The notes beneath the pieces were generated by a model that was not told the DNA's origin, searched no databases, and worked only from the letters and a program-made list of their open reading frames with translations. From Epithemia pelagica (lineage: Eukaryota > Protista > Bacillariophyta): 64,000 bases of DNA. Below, piece after piece: positions 45,450 through 54,540 of the stretch (positions are counted from its first letter, which is position 1; each line of letters opens with the position of its first letter). The stretch spans positions 6,820,001 to 6,884,000 of the forward strand of contig OX337228.1 in the NCBI GenBank assembly GCA_946965045.2, written 5' to 3'. A program made the position numbers and the translations under genes.

Positions 45450-46690
45450 GTGACTCTCACCGTCCATTCTATTGACATATTCTTTGGTCTGTATGACTCA
45501 TTTGTATACAAACCCAGGCTACGTCATGCACAAATGATCGTAGTCTTTGATGATGAGAATGAGCAAAATAGTCTCGTGTACTGTATTTCGGTCGACAAGT
45601 AAGTGTCCTATATGGCAATCCTCATTTGAAATTTGTTGCGATACGTATGGAAACCTCAGCATTGTTGTGTTGGACTTCACAGGGTAGAAAAGTCCATTCG
45701 AGTGACATTCCGTGGCTCAGTGACAATCACTGATTGGTGTGTTGATGCTGATGCGTTTGTAACACGAATTGCCAATCCACTGGAAGGCTGCCATACATCA
45801 ATAAAACAAGGAACCCATATTGGCATCCATCACGGGTTCTACAATTATTTATTTAGCACACGTGGGCAAAACACCCACAAGTATGATGTCATCCTTGGCC
45901 ATTTGCTCCAATTGCTGGAGACTCATCCTGGTTTCAATATTCACGTGACGGGGCATAGCCTTGGCGGTAAGTTTCAAAAGATCGTGAAATAGGAGAGGAC
46001 GGGTGCGCTTCTTTTACTCATCACGCATCGTGATGTAGGTGCTCTTGCTTCGCTCTTCACTTTCTGGCTTGGTGCCACTTCAGGTGATGAAATTCCAAAG
46101 CCCATCTACTGCTGCTCGTTTGCCTCACCAAGATGGGGGAACCTTGAGACCGCACGTGCCTTTTATGAACTGGAGAGACAGGGTAGGATCATGCACCTTA
46201 GAATCGTAAATCACAAGGATGCAGTGACAGCCATACCTGATGGTCTCAATCCTGGAAGTGCGGTTTGCGGACGAAATCTTATATTCCGCCCCATTGGTAT
46301 CGAGTTACGGCTGTACAAGAATCAAGAAAAGGATCCCAGGTTCCATTTACCTCGCGTGAAGAGGACTCCTTTAGCCCAGTTTGTGTATGACATGAGTGGT
46401 GGGTTGAAGCTTTTCTCGTTCAAATTTCTGAAGCTACCGTGTGAATTGTTTCAACAGAATTATATGCAGTGGCATAGTTGTGAAGGTAGGCGCGGTAATA
46501 CAACTGTTATCGTTTGACTTGTTCCAAACTGTATTCATCTCATTAATTCTGTATATTTCAGAATATATGAAACGTTTTTCCTCGATTTCGGAGAAACTTG
46601 AAACGATGAACATAGAGGCTCTCTATACTAGGTTTCATGGTGCGATACATTACCAGGACACGGATGACCCTACATTCTCCGAGCGATCAA
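45450..46690 (+). CDS. Class-3 (fungal-type) lipase, multi-exon; both ends uncertain
   Basis: IRVTFRGS..DW, IHHGFYNYL, IHVTGHSLG|GALASL, SFASPRWGN, RIVNHKDAVTAIP and WHSCE give a Ser-Asp-His triad. GT-AG introns at about 45600-45681, 45968-46038 and 46486-46561. Confidence 0.85.
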
Positions 46691-47100
46691 TGAATGGTAC
46701 CATCGACAATCATTGGCTCTTGCCCACTGCAGCACCTTCAAATGCCCATTCTCGGCGACCCAGGTACAAGTGTCTTCGTTCCACAGGCAACCATTGGCTC
46801 TGGCCCACTGCAACACCTCCAAATGCCCATTCCTAGCGGCCTCGGTACAAGTGCTCGAGTTCCATGGACAATCATTGGCTCTTGCCCACTTTAGCACCTC
46901 CAAATTCCCACCCTCGGCGGCGCAGGTACAAGTGTAGTCAGTCCACGGGCAACCATTGGCTCTGGCCCACTGCAAAGCCTCCAAATGCCCATTACTGGCG
47001 GCAAAGGCACAAATGTCTTCGTCCCATGGACATCTGTTCGCTCTTGCCCACTGCAGCACCTTCAAATGCCCATTCTCGGCGGCGTAGGCACAAACAAAAA
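46690..47100 (-). pseudogene. Five 27-aa ankyrin-like repeats (GHLxVLQWARANGCPW type), with no start codon of their own
   Basis: Exact 81-nt period (CATTGGCTC at 46711, 46792, 46873 and 46954; degenerate fifth copy at about 47035). Confidence 0.8.
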
Positions 47101-47125
47101 TCAGAAGCCGGACGATTTTATTATA

Positions 47126-47926
47126 TCAAGAATATTTCGCTCGTTTCGCTTCCGGCACAAAACCAGGTTCCTTGGAATATTCATCGTTCGGTTCGTCCGG
47201 AGGTCGACGTGGCGTGTAGACAGTAGAAATATTCCATACGTCCCGAAAGCGTTCTCGATATCGGTCGGCCATGGATCCATTTTCAATGACGATGCCATCC
47301 TCACGATGGCGGAATCTTGAAGCAAACGTATAATTGTATGAGCCGATCATAGTTCCGGCCGTAGAGATTAATACTTTTGTGTGCATGTACGCGCTATTTT
47401 GTACAGGGTTGTCAATCCCATAACGCCTCAAGCTCAAACGCGAAATAGATTCAAAACGGACTTGGCTTGTGCCAATAAAACGACTGATCACAGTTTCATT
47501 GAACACCGCTGGTCCTAGCAAAAGATGGACTTGTAGTGAGCGTCCTCCGTCCTCGATGGGCTTGGCATAATGACACAACTCGTCGACAAAGTACGTGTCT
47601 GTCAAAAAAGGAGCCGAAATGTAAACAGCTGATCCTCCGTCCGCCTCTCGCAACAAATATAAAGCAGCCACAAAGGGATGGCGATTATGGGCGAAGGATT
47701 GGCGATTGTTTCCTCGTAAGTAGGTGTGGACATCGAGCGGACGTTCGGGTGAAGACAAGCGAACTTCCGCCCGCAAATCTTGTCCTTGAAACAACCACTG
47801 ACGCCCCAGAAAATGCCCTTCCTCCGTTGCAGATTGCATAGCAAGTTCAACTTGTTCCATCTCATAGCTTACATCAATCATGTAATCCTGTTCAGGAACG
47901 GCCTCTTCAGGAATTCGTTCCTCCAT
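47126..47926 (-). CDS. Single-domain phospholipase D superfamily protein, probable nuclease (Nuc/Zucchini-like), 266 aa, intronless
   Basis: YISAPFL strand, then HTKVLIST...GSYNYT..S...RE.G.VI, an HxK...GSxN core with Thr at the usual Asp position. Confidence 0.8.
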   Translation of the reverse strand: MEERIPEEAVPEQDYMIDVSYEMEQVELAMQSATEEGHFLGRQWLFQGQDLRAEVRLSSPERPLDVHTYLRGNNRQSFAHNRHPFVAALYLLREADGGSAVYISAPFLTDTYFVDELCHYAKPIEDGGRSLQVHLLLGPAVFNETVISRFIGTSQVRFESISRLSLRRYGIDNPVQNSAYMHTKVLISTAGTMIGSYNYTFASRFRHREDGIVIENGSMADRYRERFRDVWNISTVYTPRRPPDEPNDEYSKEPGFVPEAKRAKYS

Positions 47927-48670
47927 TGCTGTCGCTGAGATTGGAGAACGTTGTGGGAATTCTGAGTTGAGTGCTGTGTGCTATCGTTTTTTGAATGCAC
48001 TGCGAACTGTACTAGGAAGTGGGCCTCAAAAATCCGACCTTTTTAACCCTTTCAGCCCGGCACTTTTTTTGGCCCGGTCACTGACAAATTTGTCACCAAA
48101 AATACATAACAAAATTGCAATCCAATTAACAAAATGCCACGTGAGTTATGACCAACAACTCGTGATTCAAAAAATGATGACAATATCGTCATTTTCCAAA
48201 TTTGTGATTTTGCAACGATCATTTTGGAGGACGCGACAGAAGTGCGAGTGACGACTGTCTAGTCTACACCAAGATCAAAAACCGGCGTGCGCATTTAGCG
48301 AACTAAGAAGTAGAATTACCTCCCGGCCCTAGGTGGGAAAGAAACTAAACTAGTATTCACACTCTTTGCTGTTTTCGATCTGTGATATTGACCTACGAGA
48401 CGAACCTGCCCAACAGACATCCAACGCGCAGCCAAGGCCGCCAAACTCTTTTCCGTTCACCTAATCGGCTTCTTCCGAACTGGACCTGCATACTCGAGAC
48501 TAGTCGGCACTGTGTTGTCGATCCGAAGCCCCGCAAGACCCAACTCGGAAGCTACTACCGACTACTCTGGTAAACCTGAACTCCGCCGTGAAACCCAGAC
48601 TTTTCCAAGCAACAGCAAGCCGAAGAGAAGTTAGAGCCCAAGCGACGAAAACAAAGTCTACCGTGGAAAG

Positions 48671-51600
48671 ATGAGTGAAGCCAAACCTACCCTACGAGTT
48701 GACACGTCTGTCGGAATGGCAAACCCCGAGGGTACGACCGGAATCGGCCAGGAGACGGAAAACAACGACCATAACCGTCGTGAGGAAAAGCTTCGGAAAT
48801 TGGTACGAATGCTGGCCGAAGAGGTCTCGGAACGCTTCGTCCCGGCCCCCACGGAGGATGAACGCACTAATGATGCTATAAACGGCATCGGTGACTTCAA
48901 AACCCGATGCCGTTGGGCTGAGTTTTGGCGTAATGAGCACAAGGAGAGAACCGAAACCGAACAAGCTGTGTGGGCGAATTATTACACCAACAACCCCTCA
49001 CTACTCTCAAAAGCCCAATGGGAGAAATCAATCACTGACCCCGAATGGCAATGGCCAGACCCTTTCTCCGGAAAGAACTACGAAGAAGAGGCCGAGGACG
49101 CGGAAGAAGAAATCCTAATCTCTGGCCTCCAAAGTGGTGTCAAACCAGAGCACAAACGCAAAAACGCACCCGTAGGCTCAAACGAGTTGGAATGCTTCCT
49201 GAAACAAGTCGAAGAAGCAATCATCAATGAGTCACTTGCCAATAAACCGACCCGCAACGAAAACAAGCTGTCTCTGGAGTTCAAGGACCTACTCAAACAA
49301 CTCCGCGAGTTTGATCTGGTAGCGATACCCACAGACAAAACAAACTCGTTCACGTTAATGTCATCCAGAGAATACGCGAAAGAGATCAAGATTCACCTCG
49401 ACAAAAGTGCAGTCCGTATCAACAGGTCCAAACTCAACGAAATTGTGGAGAACTGCTTCTCTTTCATCACGGAACTCGACCGCTATCTGTCCAAGAACGA
49501 GAGGGAGTTTCTAAAAGAAAAAGTGAATTCGAAAGCGATTCCCCAACCGAAAATCCTGGTCAAGGACCACAAAAAGAAGAACTCGAATGGATCGTACCCT
49601 ACCAGACTCGTGGTCCCCGCAACCAATTTCACTGCCGGATTCCCAAAGATCGGATACCTCGGTATCAAGAACTTATTCAAGAAGCACAAGGTTGAGTTCG
49701 GACAACGCAACATAGTCCAAGCGTCGGATCTCAAGGACAAGCTGGAGAAGTTCAACATCAATGCAGGAAATGCCACAATCGTTTCAGTCGACGCAGAGGC
49801 AATGTACCCATCAATCAAATTTCAGCTGATCTATGATGCAGTACAGTACTACGCCGAAGCTATGCCCCCAGAAACCAACAAAGCAATCAGCCTGTGTCTC
49901 GACCTTATCTTCTTTGGGATGTCGAACACATTGATCTCGTTCCAAGACGGGTTCTACCTCTACGACGGCGACAAAAAACCCGAAGAACGAGGATTGACGA
50001 TAGGCGGCTACGAATCAGCCTGGCTGGCGGATTTGGTAATGTCATACCTCCTAGAGGTGACATACGACACACTCTACGACCCGATGCACTTCTTCGGAGT
50101 CTACAGAGACGACGGGTTGGCGGTGTTTAAAGGCAAAAAGACTACAAACGAAATCCAAGAGTGGCTCGAATCTTTTCAATCTGACGTCGACGACATAGCT
50201 GGAAACAACTTTTTGAAGTTTACGGCAGTGGTGTGGGACCCATTAAACCACCACTCAGAGTGGGACATCTCCAATACTGCGATCACGGTTGACAAATCCC
50301 CGTCGTTTCCCTTCCTGGATATGGAAATGTATTGGCTGAGTGAGCAGTCGCTAGCCTTCAGAGTCCACTTGAAGAAGAACCAACAACTCAAGTATCTCAA
50401 CAAAGGTAGCTCGCACACTCCGGGATGCTTCAAAGCGATTCCCAATGGAGTGATCAAACGACTGACCAAGCTCACATCAATCAACGATTCAAACAGCAAC
50501 CAAACTCTCGACGAGCTGTATCCAACACATTTCCAAGCCCTGTCCGACGCGAACTTGATTAAACCAGATCAAATCCCGACCTTGGCAGACTCCATAGACG
50601 AGATGGAACGAGAGAAGAATGATGAGACTTCAAAAGCGCAACCAAGAAACGCCGCGATAGAGACCGAAAAAGAGCGATCTACTTTAGGATTGGGTACTCC
50701 AACTTCTGGAGGAAGCCCATCCACAAAGTGATCAAGGAGATAAAAGGACGCTTCCCCTCCCTGTCCTGGTTACGCGTGTCAATGTCCTACCACAGGTTCA
50801 CGAATATCCGTGAACACTTCCAAGGCGATTTGAACACCAAACTTTCAGACACATTGAGATCCCTAGACTTCGAAGATCTTGATTGTAACTGCAGGAACAA
50901 GGAAGCCTGCCCCTACGGTGGGAAATGCAGGCGTTCGATAGTAGTCTACAAAGCGACGTGTCTCAAAACAGGCAAGTTCTATATCGGCAACACGCAACAA
51001 CACGTAAAAAAGCGAATGCAACAACACGTCCAGGATGTCAAAGCCTTAGTCCTCCAGAACAAGAGCTCCGACTCCTTTGCAAGCCACTTTGCAGCATTCG
51101 TCCCGAGAGACATTCCAAAAAAGGAAATGAAAAACCACGTGAAATTGCGAGTCGAGCTCCTATGGCAAGGGAAGCCTCTTTCAACTGTAAAAACCTTCGG
51201 CACGAAAACGTGCAAACTCTGCGCTCGAGAGAGATTGGAAATCCTACGGGCGACCAAATTCAACCCCAAACTAGCAATCAACAAGTGTAACGAAATATAC
51301 GGCGCATGCCGCCACAAACCGAGATTTCACCGGTTCCCGACAAACAACAACAACCCCAGCACTGATGAGTCGATAGACGACGAAAGAGTCTCTATCTGTC
51401 GGCCTATCTCAACCACGTCAACTAACTCGAGCTATTCTTGCTTCACGTGGACTTCGAACCTGTCCCCCAACACGACTACAACAAATGATGTAAACAACTT
51501 TGGTGAGGACAGGAGGGACGAGAGCTTGCTCAATGAAATCCCTTCGATGTCCTACCAAGAAAGGCGACTTGAAGGCCTCAAAGCGAGGTTTGCCTTCAGC

Positions 51601-51735
51601 ATCCCGAAGACCACTCCCGCAGTGATCCAAATGGACGATAGCAAACTTGAGGACCTACCAACCGCCGAAGAATCTTTGATGACTGATGATGTAGTTTTGG
51701 AGGACGCGACAGAAGTGCGAGTGACGACTGTCTAG
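48671..51735 (+). CDS. Penelope-like RT-endonuclease ORF broken by one -1 frameshift near 50632-50670
   Basis: RT motifs VSVDAEAMYPSI, GLTIGGYESAWLAD, GVYRDDG and PFLDM. Cys cluster CNCRNKEACPYGGKC followed by GIY-YIG-type IVVYKATC..FYIGNTQQHVKKRMQQH. Confidence 0.92.
51336..51402 (+). ncRNA. Candidate minimal hammerhead ribozyme inside the Penelope ORF
   Basis: CTGATGA (51362-68), stem II GTCG/CGAC with an ATAGA loop, GAAA (51382-85), then GAGTC/CTC candidate cleavage triplets. Stems I and III are weak. Confidence 0.6.
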
Positions 51736-52519
51736 TCTACACCAAGATCAAAAACCGGCGTGCGCATTTAGCGAACTAAGAAGTAGAATTACCTCCCGGC
51801 CCTAGGTGGGAAAGAAACTAAACTAGTATTCACACTCTTTGCTGTTTTCGATCTATCATATTTCAATGACCAATATGTTATAGGCCTACTGTTTGTCACA
51901 TATGAAGCGTATTGTAATGTACTTTCGTACGATAGTCAGAACTTCGTATTTTGACGGCTGCTTGTTCTGAAATCGCCAATTTCCCATTTTCATACAAAAC
52001 CCCCAAAACCACTTGTCTCATCAACACCAATGGACAACCCGACTCTCTTGTAGAATCCATGGTCTCCTATGGTATCACAAGATCAATGATCACTTACAAA
52101 CGAAGAGGAGGTGAGTCCTGGGCGAACACTCCCTATAGATTAGTCATACGTGGAGTGACGTGGATTGATATACCCATAGAGTATTTTGACTTTTTTGTTA
52201 AATAGTTTGTGCGGTCACTAAAAAAGTGAGATGACTGACATATTTGTCAAAAATTTGACTTGCCGGGCTGAAAGGGTTAAGATTCCACATGCCTTTCTCA
52301 AAATTGTCGCGCTTAAGAGCTGATTAGAATGCGAATTTACTTTCTAATTTTGTTTCTATGTAAATTATCTGGAAAGATCATGTGAATGGATGGTCCTCCG
52401 AATTTGCGACCCAAACGCGGTCACGAAAGGATGGTGCTATTATTTGCTATGGAAGGAGAGATTTCAGTTAGGTGTTAGTCTTTATGAATGGAAGCGAGGA
52501 AGACGTCGATACATGGTCA

Positions 52520-54540
52520 TCACCACCAATTGAATCCTCCTCCCCCATTGTCGTAGCTACCGTAGTAACTAGAAGGGTCCCACCCGGCAGTTTCTTCACC
52601 TGGTTTGATCGGTGTGGCTGCTTGCTGCTGTTGTTGAGGTGGCGGTGTAGCTTGTTGGGGCTGCTGCTGGTGTGATTGTGGTCCATAGCTCCCATACTGA
52701 TACTGTTGGTTGTTATAGCCCGCACCATATCCTGCTTGTTGATGATATTGTTGTTGTTGTGGCTGTGCCATACTTCCTTCGGGTTGGAAATTTCTACACA
52801 AAGAATTTGGGGCATGCGCGGAGGGACGAGGAGGTTGCGTAGTTCCACTGGTAGTCGATGCTGCAGAGGGAGGTAAGGGTGGTGGCCCTTCCGGTGCAGG
52901 CGGCAAGGGTGGAAGGCTTCCATTGGGTGGTGGAGGTGGAAGTTTGTCCCCACCGTCATTTGATGTCGGTTCGTTGGCTGGCTGGTTGGCCTTTTAGCCA
53001 TCCAGTTCAGCCATGAAAGAGAGATATTCAGAATCAATCTTTTGTTCACTTCCTTGTTGGTTGGCATCACCGCCCGCAGGATTGGTAGGGTCCAGATTGC
53101 GTCGCGTACAATCGCGTGTGGGATGACTAGTGTCACCACAAATGGCACACTTGATGCCTCCCCCCATGGCACCCTTGTTAAGGAATCGTTTGGGACATTC
53201 AAAGGATCGATGTCCTTTCTCACCACAAATTTCGCAAAAGACATCATTTTCCTTCAATGTACCATTCAAGAGGGCCAATTCTCGAAGCTGCTGTTGTTTG
53301 TGCACATTCTTTTCATCGTCAATGACGACGAGCATTTGTTCAATCATCTCCGATGCGGCATCCACAGCACGTTGATCATCCCCTGAAATTACCACATGCA
53401 AGGGTTCATTGTCTCCGTCCATGACTTTACCATCCCGGCGACCACGAGCTCCCTCCTTGACCGATCCCCGACCGCGAATGGCAATTTTGCAGCCCGTCTT
53501 GGCTTCCAATTCTTTTTGCGTCTTGCCTCGTGGTCCAATGATTAATCCAATAAAATTGTAGTTCGGATGTTCTTCTACGGGTACTCGAATCTTTTTGACT
53601 CGCCGTCGTACCAATAAGGAAGCCGCCCCCGTTGGTAACACGGGTCCAACGTTGCCCTTGTTGGATAACCGCATGATACTTTCCAACAAGTCTTGACGCT
53701 CCGCCGTGTATCGTTCCCTCCAACGGACCGCTCGTGTATTTTTTCGTTTCCCATCAGCACCGTAAACTAGAGACAGATAGAAACAAGAAAAAGATGGTAA
53801 GGTACAAGAAACATGGAATGGACTCTTGTTCGAACCCCAAAAGGCAACACAAAAGTCGATTGTGAGCAAACGATTATACTTACTTGGAGGCGGCGAAGGC
53901 GATCGATCTCGATGTTCTCGTGGGAGCGCATCGACACGTGCTGCTTCCACTTCTAGATTTTCCAGACGATCGTTCACGGCACGAAGCTTGGCTTGCATGG
54001 TTTGGAGATCGTGTTGTTGTTGCTGCGTCAAGTTGGTGTTGACCAAGGACATGCTAGGCAATACGACACAAGGTGGTTGTCGTGAGGATTGGACTGGTGG
54101 CAGGGGAGCGAATCGTTTGTTCACAGGAGGATCCGACTGGCCATTCGAAGGTTCGGATGCTGCTTTGCCCCATCGCGATTTTCGTTTGCGGGGAGCCTCT
54201 CCAGCAGTGCCATTGTTATTGGTGTCGCTCTCAATTTTGACGGCAACTCCTCCGGGACGATTTTCTTGTTGTTGCATTGCCTTGAGATATTCCTTCCGAG
54301 TTTCCTTCCATCCTGGCCAATTCAGGACTTCTTTCCACATGGAGGGATACGGACCGTACTTGTCCTGTAGCATTCGTGTCACCGGGCTGTGGTTGTGGCT
54401 GCTGTTGTACCACTCTTTCATTTTCACATGCTCATTTCGCACCGTCACCACAAACTCTGCTGCTTCCTCACTGTCTTGACCCATTGTGCGTTGTGTCACA
54501 TCCTGCAAGGTGAAATTATTCAGTTCCAATTGATGCAAGA
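52520..54540 (-). pseudogene. SF1: Splicing factor 1 / branchpoint-binding protein, copy A, with premature TAA at 52996-52994; 5' end uncertain
   Basis: RKRKSRW, SPSPPP|IYGADGKRKNTR, KH domain NFIGLIIGPRGKT..IAIRGRGSVKEG, QUA2 QLRELALLNGTL and two CCHC knuckles. Intron 53883-53767. Confidence 0.92.

Larger units (their letters stand above)
48222..51854 (+). mobile_element. Penelope-like retroelement (RT + C-terminal GIY-YIG) with 160-bp direct terminal repeats
   Basis: 48222-48381 is identical to 51695-51854 (partial-tandem pseudo-LTR arrangement). Possible 5-bp TSD ATCAT at 48218-48222 and 51855-51859. Confidence 0.93.
48047..52276. mobile_element. Non-autonomous piggyBac-like DNA transposon (about 0.6 kb once the Penelope insert is removed)
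   Basis: Perfect 16-bp TIR CCCTTTCAGCCCGGCA (48047-48062) / TGCCGGGCTGAAAGGG (52261-52276), flanked by TTAA at 48043-48046 and 52277-52280. No transposase is seen. Confidence 0.9.

Noticed and set aside
50729-50731. TGA at the end of the Penelope RT frame as selenocysteine, as in some Naiad elements
   Set aside because: The downstream endonuclease is in a different frame, so readthrough would not join the two parts.
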